Shown here: in pieces, positions 24,243 to 32,000 of the stretch | How the letters are laid out: each line of letters starts with the position of its first letter | How positions within the stretch are numbered: the stretch's first letter is position 1 | DNA from: Candidatus Saccharimonadota bacterium | GTDB lineage: Bacteria > Patescibacteriota > Saccharimonadia > Saccharimonadales > UBA4665 | Direction: 5' to 3' | Length of the DNA stretch: 32,000 nt | Assembly (NCBI GenBank): GCA_002952755.1 | Contig: CP025011.1 | Location: forward strand, 390,001 to 422,000 | Program-made: the position numbers and the translations under genes | Notes under the pieces: generated by a model | The model's input: only the letters and a program-made list of their open reading frames with translations | The model's database searches: none | What the model was told of the DNA's origin: nothing

Positions 24243-24656
24243 ATGAGTACGCAATCCTTTTGTGAAGGGGGTGGGCTGTACAGAGAGACCAGCGTGTCCG
24301 CGCAGCTCCGGGACTGCAGGCCCTATCTAGAAGAAATAGGCGACATCCTAAATGATCCTAACCAGAGCGACATACTGAAGGGATGGCTAGGCGTCCAGCC
24401 GGGCGACTCTATCCAATATTTAGAGCTCAAGGAAGACAATCCCCATGTCAAGGATCCGTCTTGGAGGGAGGGCGCAGTGCTCAACCAAGATGATCTGGTT
24501 GTTTGGCGCTTTACGCTTCGCGCGGAGCTTCCCAGTGCTCTAAAGTATCTTGTTGCGAAAGCCTTAGGCTCCTTCACGACCCGGGTAGTGCAGCCTCGGG
24601 GTCATCTGTCCGGCAGCATTACACCCATCTTCCGAAGGTTCGAACCTCAGGATTAA
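24243..24656 (+). CDS. Hypothetical protein (137 aa)
   Basis: ORF directly downstream of promoter/operator module A. I recognise no domain. Confidence 0.5.
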   Translation: MSTQSFCEGGGLYRETSVSAQLRDCRPYLEEIGDILNDPNQSDILKGWLGVQPGDSIQYLELKEDNPHVKDPSWREGAVLNQDDLVVWRFTLRAELPSALKYLVAKALGSFTTRVVQPRGHLSGSITPIFRRFEPQD

Positions 24657-24682
24657 TTCCTGTTAATAATTTCATGTGCTAT

Positions 24683-24719
24683 TTGTCACATTGACAATTA
24701 CCTTTCATAATGCTATAGT
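24683..24719 (+). promoter_or_regulatory. Promoter/operator module B: the same palindrome overlapping -35, plus an extended -10
   Basis: TTGTCACATTGACAA is at 24683-24697. TTGACA is at 24692-24697, followed by a 16-nt spacer and TGcTATAGT (24711-24719). ATG 24729 lies 9 nt after the hexamer. Confidence 0.6.
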
Positions 24720-24728
24720 TTACACATT

Positions 24729-25205
24729 ATGGCGGTTATTACAGGCCAAGAGAAAAGCATTGCTGTTAAACAAGTAGATTGTGATACGTGTACAGCTGCA
24801 TGCTGTAGAAGCGGTATACAGATGAGACTAAACGATTCTGAAGCTGATTTTATGCAAACTGCCGGTACCGATCTTACTAAAGAACCAGGTACGCGCCATC
24901 AAAAACGCCGCCTTTTGCCACTAGTCAGTGTGCGTCATCCAGAGACAAACGTCTATACGCTCGAGAATGATTGCGGGCACCTGACCGAGGACGCTTTAGG
25001 CCAACTGGTGTGTAGCTCCCATGAAGATCCCGCTCGTCCCGATACTTGTAAAGGCCTTGAGCCTGGTTCCTATGTTTGTAGGAGTATACGAGTACGAGCG
25101 GGCGTAGATACCGAGGGTGAGTGGGCTGCATACTTGCATATAACAAGCCAAGATTCGCCCCAGAATGCGATCGCCGCAGGCCCAGTGCAGGAACAACCAG
25201 CATAG
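24729..25205 (+). CDS. YkgJ-family cysteine-cluster (CxxCxxxCC, zinc/iron-chelating UPF0153-type) protein
   Basis: N-terminal CDTCTAACCRSGIQMRLNDSEADFM and a second cluster CGHL..LVCSSHEDPARPDTCKGLEPGSYVC match the YkgJ/FliB-like cysteine-cluster pattern. Confidence 0.65.
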   Translation: MAVITGQEKSIAVKQVDCDTCTAACCRSGIQMRLNDSEADFMQTAGTDLTKEPGTRHQKRRLLPLVSVRHPETNVYTLENDCGHLTEDALGQLVCSSHEDPARPDTCKGLEPGSYVCRSIRVRAGVDTEGEWAAYLHITSQDSPQNAIAAGPVQEQPA

Positions 25206-25251
25206 AGGTGACTGCCATCGTTTACAAAAGTACGTTACACTGGTAGCTATC

Positions 25252-26691
25252 ATGGCTGCCAGTTTTTTCTTTTACGATTTGGAAACAAGCGGGTTTAGCG
25301 CGCGGGATCACCGTATTATGCAGTTTGCCGGTATGCGCACCGATATGGAGTTGCGGCCGGTGGGGGAGCCAGTCAACGTGCTCATCAAAATGGGCGATGA
25401 CTCGTTGCCTGATGTGGATGCTGTGTTTATTACCGGTATCACACCTCAGCAGACGCTGGCCGAGGGGATTACTGAAGCCGAGTTTTTGCATCGGTTTGAA
25501 CACGAAATTGCCATTCCAGGGACTATTTTCCTGGGCTTTAACACGGTGCGCTTCGACGACGAATTTATGCGTGCGCTGCACTACCGTAACTTTTACGACC
25601 CCTACGAGTGGCAATGGCAGGATAACCGCTCGCGCTGGGATTTGCTCGACGTGGTGCGTATGACGCGCGCATTACGCCCGGACGGTATCGCCTGGCCGTT
25701 TGACGCCCAGGGCAAGGCCACCAATCGGCTGGAGCTACTCACCGCGCTCAACAAATTGTCCCACGAGCATGCCCACGACGCCCTCAGCGACGTAGAGGCA
25801 ACTATCGAGGTGGCGCGTCTCATTCGCAACAAACAATCCAAATTATTCGACTACTTGCTGGCTATGCGCGACAAAAAGAAGGTGGCCGAATTAGTGGAAA
25901 AGGGCGAACCCTTCATCTACACCAGCGGCAAATACTCCGCAGAGTACGAGAAAACAACCGTTGCCGTACAGGTTTGCCCGCAGCCTGACCGTAACGGGAC
26001 ACAGCTAGTGTACGACCTCCGCAATGATCCGCGCGACTGGCTCGATAAAACACCAGAGCAATTGGCCGAAGCTTGGCGTTGGAAAAAGGATAGTAATGAG
26101 CCACGCTTGCCGGTTAAGAAGCTGCAATACAACCACTGTCCGGCGGTGGCGCCGCTGGGCGTGTTGGATTCTGCCAGCCAAATGCGCCTGCACATCGACG
26201 TGAAGCGGGTCGCCGTGCATCATAGGTTGCTCCGCGAAGATGCGGCGTTCGCTGGTAAAATCTGTAAAGCGCTGGAGATTTTGGAGAAAAAGCCGCAGGC
26301 CAGCCTGGTAAGCACCGAGCAAGATGTCGATGGTGCCATGTATGATGGTTTTTTTGGCACAGAAGACAAGCATGCGATGCAGGTAGTGCGCGCCGCTTCG
26401 CCAGAGGAATTATCCAATCTGGGACTGCGCTTTAAAGATCATCGCCTCGAAGCGATGCTGCCACTCTACAAAGCTCGCAATTACTCCAAGAGTCTGAGTA
26501 GCGAGGAGCGCGAAACTTGGGAGCAATTCCGCGCGCATAAGCTTTTGAGCGGCGGCCAGCATAGTAAGATAGCCCGCTACTTTGCTCGCCTGCAAGAGGT
26601 TGCCGCGCGCGGCGGCCTCACCGGGCATCAAGAATACCTATTAGAAGAACTCAAGCTGTACGCAGAAAGTATCCTGCCAGAGCAGGTGTGA
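25252..26691 (+). CDS. sbcB: Exodeoxyribonuclease I (ExoI)
   Basis: DEDDh exonuclease start FFFYDLETSGFSARDHRIMQFAG, then GFNTVRFDDEFMR and HDALSDVEATIEVARL. The length and C-terminal SH3-like and helical region are typical of SbcB. ATG 25252 is preferred over the track start 25165, which overlaps the ykgJ end. Confidence 0.88.
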   Translation: MAASFFFYDLETSGFSARDHRIMQFAGMRTDMELRPVGEPVNVLIKMGDDSLPDVDAVFITGITPQQTLAEGITEAEFLHRFEHEIAIPGTIFLGFNTVRFDDEFMRALHYRNFYDPYEWQWQDNRSRWDLLDVVRMTRALRPDGIAWPFDAQGKATNRLELLTALNKLSHEHAHDALSDVEATIEVARLIRNKQSKLFDYLLAMRDKKKVAELVEKGEPFIYTSGKYSAEYEKTTVAVQVCPQPDRNGTQLVYDLRNDPRDWLDKTPEQLAEAWRWKKDSNEPRLPVKKLQYNHCPAVAPLGVLDSASQMRLHIDVKRVAVHHRLLREDAAFAGKICKALEILEKKPQASLVSTEQDVDGAMYDGFFGTEDKHAMQVVRAASPEELSNLGLRFKDHRLEAMLPLYKARNYSKSLSSEERETWEQFRAHKLLSGGQHSKIARYFARLQEVAARGGLTGHQEYLLEELKLYAESILPEQV

Positions 26692-26798
26692 GTGGGAGAC
26701 CTGTCCCCTCATTCAGTAGAGCGTTACACGCAGGCCGACTAAAGTCGGTCTGGCTGCACTACGCTTGACTCTACTGAATGAGGGGACAGGTCTCCCAC
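26692..26798. repeat. 107-nt inverted repeat with perfect 30-bp arms and a 47-nt structured spacer, between convergent genes
   Basis: GTGGGAGACCTGTCCCCTCATTCAGTAGAG (26692-26721) is the exact reverse complement of 26769-26798. The spacer contains CCGAC-taaa-GTCGG (26735-26748). It starts 1 nt after the sbcB TGA and ends 2 nt before the stop of the minus-strand ORF at 26801. No flanking T-tract. Confidence 0.9.
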
Positions 26799-26800
26799 AG

Positions 26801-26980
26801 CTACGCGATCTGGATGTTACTGCGGCGCATAATGAGGGCAATATGAAGCACTGTCACTAGTGAGCGAAGCCGCTTTGCGGCTGCATACGCTGCAAGTAAT
26901 CCTATGATAATTAACCAGGAATTAAACGTCACTTGAAAACCTGTGCCGGGAATCAATCCCAGTACAATAAAATTAGACAT
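26801..26980 (-). CDS. Possible small membrane protein (59 aa from ATG 26980)
   Basis: MSNFIVLGLIPGTGFQVTFNSWLIIIGLLAAYAAAKRLRSL.. has one or two hydrophobic helices. This is an AT-rich region with competing ORFs on both strands. Confidence 0.3.
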   Translation of the reverse strand: MSNFIVLGLIPGTGFQVTFNSWLIIIGLLAAYAAAKRLRSLVTVLHIALIMRRSNIQIA

Positions 26981-27253
26981 ATGCCCAACCTTTAATAATG
27001 AAAATGTATTACTTAGTATTCTACACATATTTGCATTGTGGGCAAGTATGTTTTTAGTACTTATGCTTATATTCAACAACGCAGACTATGTAAAACGGCG
27101 TCCACGAGTGTCCAAAAGATCTCCCTGAGCGCGAGGCAAGTATACTAAAAGGTATGGCTGCGATAATCGTTAGTTTGGCACTTGTTTGCTCGGGCGTAAC
27201 GCTTGTTTTTCTTTCTAAGAAAAACAATGCGGTGCTCAAGGTGATTTTCAGGT

Positions 27254-27445
27254 GTGCTGTATATTGCCATAATAGCTGTAGTAATTAACACCTATCAGGC
27301 GGCCGTTACTGCCGACAACAAGGGTTTGTCCGACGATAGTATGGGTTGGTTTGGCGGCGGGTGGTTGTATGTGCTTGCGCTTCTTGTGGTGGCAATTGCC
27401 ACATTGCAGATTGTTCTATATAAGCGTCGGCCTTACAAATCATAG
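27254..27445 (+). CDS. Possible small membrane protein; may be the 3' part of a frameshifted gene starting at ATG 27154
   Basis: Two hydrophobic helices (LYIAIIAVVINTYQAAV and WLYVLALLVVAIATLQIVLY). An upstream 44-codon ORF (27154..27288) in another frame encodes MAAIIVSLALVCSGVTLVFL. It is preceded by TATACT (27141-27146) 7 nt before its ATG. Confidence 0.3.
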   Translation: MLYIAIIAVVINTYQAAVTADNKGLSDDSMGWFGGGWLYVLALLVVAIATLQIVLYKRRPYKS

Positions 27446-27560
27446 GCAACGAGGCGGTAGGACATTGAGGCACCTTGCCTGTCTGTGTAACCTAAGGCCC
27501 AACGATGTGATTAATATCGCATAGCCGGGTCAGCGGATGGAAAAAGATGCTCAGTTAGGC

Positions 27561-27566
27561 TATACT
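27561..27566 (+). promoter_or_regulatory. Candidate -10 (TATACT) for uvrA with a very short leader
   Basis: TATACT is at 27561-27566 and ATG 27579 lies 12 nt after the hexamer. No SD in between. Confidence 0.3.
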
Positions 27567-27578
27567 TGAACTCTGTTT

Positions 27579-30389
27579 ATGAGTGAGAAGATCGTGGTTA
27601 AGGGTGCGCGGGAGCACAACCTCAAAAATATTGATGTTGAGCTGCCGCGCAACAAAATGGTGGTTATTACCGGCCTGTCTGGGTCCGGTAAATCTTCGCT
27701 GGCTTTCGATACGATTTACGCCGAAGGGCAGCGACGTTATGTTGAGTCACTCAGCTCCTACGCCCGCCAATTTTTGGGCATTATGGAGAAGCCGGATGTC
27801 GACCAAATTGATGGCTTATCTCCGGCGATCTCGATTGATCAAAAGTCTACCAGCCGCAATCCGCGCTCAACCGTCGCGACGGTGACAGAGATTTACGACT
27901 ATTTGCGCCTGTTGTTTGCCCGTATTGGTATCCCGCACTGCCCGATTTGCGGCAAGCCGGTTACGCGCCAAACAACGCAGCATATTGTCGACCAAATTGC
28001 CCATTTGCCGGAGAATGCCCGCCTGATGATCCTCTCTCCCGTCGTGGCTGACAAGAAAGGCGCCTTCGAGCACATTCCCGAGCAATATAGCCGCGCCGGT
28101 TTTGCCCGCGCACGTATCGACGGCGTAATTTATGCACTGGATGAGTTTCCGGAGCTGGACAAGAACTACAAACACACCATCGACATCATCATCGACCGCC
28201 TGGTGAACGACGAAGCCAGCCGCAGCCGCTTGGCGCAATCGGTAGAGCAAGCGCTGGAAGTTGCCGAAGGCAAGATCGTGGTCGTGAATGCCGATACGAA
28301 CGAAGAAGCGCAGTACAGCTTACTCTACGCCTGTGTTGACCACCCTGAAGTTGTGATTCCCGAGCTGGAGCCACGCACCTTCAGCTTCAACTCGCCGCAT
28401 GGCGCCTGCCCTGTCTGTACAGGCTTAGGCTCCCGACTGGAGGTCGATCCCGAGCTAGTCATCCCCAATGGGCGTTTGACGATAGCTGAGGGGGCTATCC
28501 GACCTTTTAATCGCATCAATTCTGACGCCTGGTACATGAAGAAGATGCAGGCGGTGGCCGATCGCTATGGCTTTAGTTTGCACGTGCCCACCGGCGAACT
28601 TAAAAAAGCCGATCTGGAGCGCTTGATGTACGGCACTGGCACTGAAAAATTCAAGATAACCCTTGGTGGTGGCCGGATGTTCGAGACCACTTACGAAGGC
28701 GTGGTGCCTAACCTGGAACGCCGCCACAAAGAAACCGAAAGCGAGTTCATGCGTGCCGATATCGAGCGCTTTATGGTCGAGAAACCCTGCTATGCCTGCA
28801 AAGGGCGTCGTCTGAAGCCGGAAGTGCTGGCTATCACCATAGCCAACCATTCCATTATGGATATCTGTGAAATGTCCATCGACGAAGCCATCGATTACTT
28901 TAAAGCGCTCAAGCTGAACGACAAAGAAATGCAGATCGCGGCGCTCATTCTTAAGGAAGTCTGTTCCCGGTTGGGCTTTTTGCAAGATGTGGGACTCAAT
29001 TATCTGACATTACTCCGCAGCGCGACAACGCTGTCTGGTGGTGAAGCGCAGCGTATTCGCTTGGCTACGCAGATCGGCTCTGGCTTGCAGGGCGTGCTGT
29101 ACGTGTTGGATGAGCCGAGTATTGGCCTGCACCAGCGCGACAACGACCGGCTGATTAAGACACTGAAGCATTTGCGCGATCTAGGTAACACCGTGCTGAT
29201 CGTCGAGCATGACGAAGACACCATGCGTACCGCCGACTATCTGGTAGATATCGGCCCTGGTGCCGGTGTGCATGGTGGGCATATCGTTGCCAGTGGTACC
29301 CCCTCAGAGGTGGAGCGTGATCCTAACAGTATCACCGGCCAATATTTGGCGGGTAAAAAGAAGATCGCTACGCCTAAAAAGCGCCGGGCGGGCAATGGTA
29401 AGAGTCTAATCGTTAAAGGAGCACGCGAGAATAATCTGCGCAATCTTGATGTAGAAATCCCTTTAGGCGTACTTGTAGTGGTGAGCGGCGTCTCTGGCTC
29501 CGGCAAGTCCAGTCTCATCAATGACATTTTGGCCAAAGAATTACAAGCTCGCCTGATGCGCGCCAACACTGTCCCGGGCAAGCACGACGAAATTGAAGGC
29601 ATCAAAGAGCTCGACAAAGCAATCATCATCGACCAGTCGCCGATTGGCCGTACGCCGCGCAGTAACCCAGCAACTTATACTGGCTTGTTTACTCCCATCC
29701 GCGAACTGTTTGCACAGACTCCCGAGGCAAAATTACGCGGCTACGGGCCTGGGCGCTTTAGCTTCAACGTCAAGGGTGGGCGCTGTGAGAATTGCGCAGG
29801 CGATGGAATTATCAAGATCGAGATGCACTTTTTACCGGATGTATATGTGCCCTGCGAAGTCTGCCATGGCAAGCGCTATAACCGCGAAGCACTCGAGATC
29901 CACTACAAAGGCAAAACCATTAGCGATATCCTGGAAATGACCTGCGAGCAAGCCCTAGAATTTTTCGCTAATCTGCCGGCCATCGCCCGCAAATTGGAAA
30001 CATTAGTAAATGTGGGCCTGGGCTACATTGGCCTTGGTCAATCAGCCACAACCCTTTCCGGCGGCGAAGCACAGCGCATTAAGCTCGCCAGTGAACTTTC
30101 ACGCCGTCCCACCGGCCGCACACTCTACATTTTGGATGAACCGACTACCGGACTGCACATGGCGGATGTCGATAAGTTGCTGCATGTCCTCCAGGCTCTG
30201 GTTGATACCGGCAATAGCATGGTCGTCATCGAGCATAATCTGGATGTGATTAAGAGCGCCGACTATGTCATCGACATGGGTCCAGAAGGTGGCACGGGCG
30301 GCGGGCAAGTGGTAGCGCTCGGCACCCCAGAGCAAGTGGCCAAGAACCCTAAATCCTACACAGGCCAGTACCTTAAGCGCATGCTTTAG
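27579..30389 (+). CDS. uvrA: Excinuclease ABC subunit A (UvrA)
   Basis: [55 protein letters not shown]. Zinc modules CPICG..CPVCTG and [17 protein letters not shown]. Two ABC signatures ([12 protein letters not shown] and [12 protein letters not shown]). 936 aa. Confidence 0.96.
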   Translation: MSEKIVVKGAREHNLKNIDVELPRNKMVVITGLSGSGKSSLAFDTIYAEGQRRYVESLSSYARQFLGIMEKPDVDQIDGLSPAISIDQKSTSRNPRSTVATVTEIYDYLRLLFARIGIPHCPICGKPVTRQTTQHIVDQIAHLPENARLMILSPVVADKKGAFEHIPEQYSRAGFARARIDGVIYALDEFPELDKNYKHTIDIIIDRLVNDEASRSRLAQSVEQALEVAEGKIVVVNADTNEEAQYSLLYACVDHPEVVIPELEPRTFSFNSPHGACPVCTGLGSRLEVDPELVIPNGRLTIAEGAIRPFNRINSDAWYMKKMQAVADRYGFSLHVPTGELKKADLERLMYGTGTEKFKITLGGGRMFETTYEGVVPNLERRHKETESEFMRADIERFMVEKPCYACKGRRLKPEVLAITIANHSIMDICEMSIDEAIDYFKALKLNDKEMQIAALILKEVCSRLGFLQDVGLNYLTLLRSATTLSGGEAQRIRLATQIGSGLQGVLYVLDEPSIGLHQRDNDRLIKTLKHLRDLGNTVLIVEHDEDTMRTADYLVDIGPGAGVHGGHIVASGTPSEVERDPNSITGQYLAGKKKIATPKKRRAGNGKSLIVKGARENNLRNLDVEIPLGVLVVVSGVSGSGKSSLINDILAKELQARLMRANTVPGKHDEIEGIKELDKAIIIDQSPIGRTPRSNPATYTGLFTPIRELFAQTPEAKLRGYGPGRFSFNVKGGRCENCAGDGIIKIEMHFLPDVYVPCEVCHGKRYNREALEIHYKGKTISDILEMTCEQALEFFANLPAIARKLETLVNVGLGYIGLGQSATTLSGGEAQRIKLASELSRRPTGRTLYILDEPTTGLHMADVDKLLHVLQALVDTGNSMVVIEHNLDVIKSADYVIDMGPEGGTGGGQVVALGTPEQVAKNPKSYTGQYLKRML

Positions 30390-32000
30390 TTCGTACGACG
30401 ATATACGGCAGCTCGCCTGAGGGCGCGGCGCATATCGCGCTTGGTTTGGCGTGATATGACGTCGGTAATATTCGCCCGGCTACTTCTTTCTTGCATGCGT
30501 GCCTGTATGTCTTTGTAAGACAGATTCTCGGCAGACATCATTCCCGACAATCGTACTTGAGCAGATCGCGGTGCGTCGGTATTTTGATCTTGGCGGGTAA
30601 ATATGGTTCGGTCATCAATAGGGGTATTTGGGCTTCCAAACTGGACACGCCCTATGACTTCCAGAGCAGTTTCAAGCCATGGATTATCGCCCGTAAACCA
30701 ATCCACAGCCTGCTGACGTCGTCGACGCCGTATATATTCCGCAGCAAGTGGAGAAATCTCGGCTCCTAGGCGTAAACTACCGGCAGAGCCTGCAAGTATG
30801 CCAATGCCTTCGATAACTGTTTTTGTAATGTCTGGATGAGAGGTGGATGGTTTTTCGTACGGTGTAGGCGCGGGCGTCTTGACATCGCCTGAGGTTGGTG
30901 TGGCGTCTATGATCTGAGCGTTCTTGCCGACAACAAACTGATGTGATTCGGATTGTGAGAGCACCTTGTCGCCGTCGTTATGGAAGCCATCGGCTAGATT
31001 AAGGAAATTATCATCGCCGCCTACGCCCTTTGTTGCGAGGACTTCGGTGAAGTTAGCCACATTACAGTCTGCGCTATCCATTTCTGCTGCATTTTCGCCT
31101 ATTGCGCCGAGGATTGGGCCTATTGCGAGGCTATCGTCAGCAGCAATTAACTTTTGAGGTTTAGCGTCTGCGTATGGGGTATAACTGTAGCTCCGGGTAT
31201 TGGCAATAGCCGCGGCAACCTGTGACGCAGTAGCGTTTGTGGGCACGCCAATCTCCTGACGTATCTTGGCAACATCTTGCGTAGGAAGCGTATTCAACGG
31301 CACGCTAGTCGACGCATATCTTTGCATCTCCATAGGGCGTTCTGCGTGAACGGGGAGGGCGTTGGTAGCATGGGGATCTAGCGTATACTGAATTGCCAGG
31401 TAACCTTGGTTGCTCGGAATTTGATTGCTCACTAACAAGTGGAAGGTGCCATCTGTACGCTGGTAGATCTTTGATGGCAGTGCCTTAATGACTTTATTAT
31501 TGGTAAGATCATTAAGGGTAATGTTGGCTGCCACAATGTCACCGCCTTGCAGCACAGGCAGGCTGAAATCCTGGAAAGAGGTCTGGGGCCCGTCTGGCAG
31601 GCCGTATAGTACGCTATTACTATTTTTAGACGCAAGTGCTTGGCGGCCGTTTACTATGATGAGCTGTCGGCCCTGAGCTTCGACCGCGTTTGGCAGATTA
31701 TTGAGTTCGCGTACTGCCTCTACCTGACTTTGTGCTTCGGGCGGCACACTTGTGCCCATAGGAACGATAGCATCCCTCGAAGTTTCAAAGGTGATCCCTA
31801 ATTGTTTAAAGGGGGGAATATCACCGCTTGCCGAATCGACGAAGATGCGATCTTGGACATTCTCTATCCAGTATCCATTAGTCGAAGCGCCATTGACTGG
31901 GGACAAACCCCAAATAGCGGGATTTTTGGGGTCCAAATGTACATCGCCCATAGTAGAGCTAGCGCCCCCATATAGATTGTAACGTTGCTCGAAGTCGGCT
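30386..32000 (-). CDS. Large membrane protein with a transglutaminase-like (Cys-His-Asp) ectodomain, TM helix and basic cytoplasmic tail; the 5' end probably lies beyond the window
   Basis: The reading frame stays open upstream of the ATG at 31951 through base 31999. Candidate triad: [13 protein letters not shown] (Cys), SHQFVVG (His), IIDATP (Asp), with spacing like transglutaminase cores. Then a Pro-rich linker, [22 protein letters not shown] and RRRRRQQ. Overlaps the uvrA stop by 4 nt (convergent). Confidence 0.55.
   Translation of the reverse strand, partial: ADFEQRYNLYGGASSTMGDVHLDPKNPAIWGLSPVNGASTNGYWIENVQDRIFVDSASGDIPPFKQLGITFETSRDAIVPMGTSVPPEAQSQVEAVRELNNLPNAVEAQGRQLIIVNGRQALASKNSNSVLYGLPDGPQTSFQDFSLPVLQGGDIVAANITLNDLTNNKVIKALPSKIYQRTDGTFHLLVSNQIPSNQGYLAIQYTLDPHATNALPVHAERPMEMQRYASTSVPLNTLPTQDVAKIRQEIGVPTNATASQVAAAIANTRSYSYTPYADAKPQKLIAADDSLAIGPILGAIGENAAEMDSADCNVANFTEVLATKGVGGDDNFLNLADGFHNDGDKVLSQSESHQFVVGKNAQIIDATPTSGDVKTPAPTPYEKPSTSHPDITKTVIEGIGILAGSAGSLRLGAEISPLAAEYIRRRRRQQAVDWFTGDNPWLETALEVIGRVQFGSPNTPIDDRTIFTRQDQNTDAPRSAQVRLSGMMSAENLSYKDIQARMQERSSRANITDVISRQTKRDMRRALRRAAVYRRTN

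Noticed and set aside
26943-27128. 61-aa plus-strand ORF overlapping the 26801-27079 minus ORF
   Set aside because: It lies in an AT-rich region with mutually exclusive small ORFs. Neither is well supported. The minus-strand version, starting at ATG 26980, has the more membrane-protein-like sequence, so only that one is listed, at low confidence.
28455-28985. 176-aa minus-strand ORF, and other ORFs inside uvrA
   Set aside because: They are antisense or out-of-frame shadows within the full-length, motif-complete uvrA gene.
1-32000. CRISPR arrays, rRNA or tRNA genes, transposases, integrases, prophage or recognised defence-system genes
   Set aside because: I found no direct-repeat/spacer periodicity. 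No ORF has transposase, integrase, recombinase, nuclease-helicase or restriction-modification hallmarks. The P-loop kinase (4818-5372) and the APH-like pseudogene are isolated and show no toxin-antitoxin or defence-operon context.

Overview
Gene-dense chromosomal window with genes on both strands and moderate GC. UGA is used as a stop (ruvX, sbcB), so the standard bacterial code applies. Recognisable housekeeping genes are mnmA, a short alaS, ftsA-like, ruvX, mltG, obg, sbcB and uvrA. They are interspersed with many orphan, secreted or membrane proteins. The gene content (short AlaRS, LysM-CHAP hydrolase, abundant Thr/Ser/Gly-rich secreted proteins, leaderless-looking starts) suggests a reduced-genome Patescibacteria/CPR organism, possibly Saccharibacteria-like. 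That placement is inference only. I found no rRNA, tRNA, CRISPR array, transposase or integrase. The most interesting region is 4.0-10.0 kb. It is a co-directional five-gene locus of signal-peptide proteins: three paralogous beta-rich subunits, a membrane-anchored DUF916/DUF3324-like chaperone-like protein, and a PKD-domain anchor protein. It resembles Firmicute csc/WxL surface-complex clusters but has no sortase, LPXTG or usher. Other notable items: an ftsA-like gene coupled to a 584-aa bitopic membrane protein, inserted with a frameshifted APH-like kinase into the conserved alaS-ruvX-mltG neighbourhood; a duplicated palindromic operator/promoter module (TTGTCACATTGACAA) before two adjacent genes upstream of sbcB; a 107-nt hairpin with perfect 30-bp arms between convergent genes; extended -10 promoters 7-12 nt from ATG codons, implying leaderless mRNAs; small REP-like palindromic repeats; and paralogous transglutaminase-like membrane proteins at both window edges.
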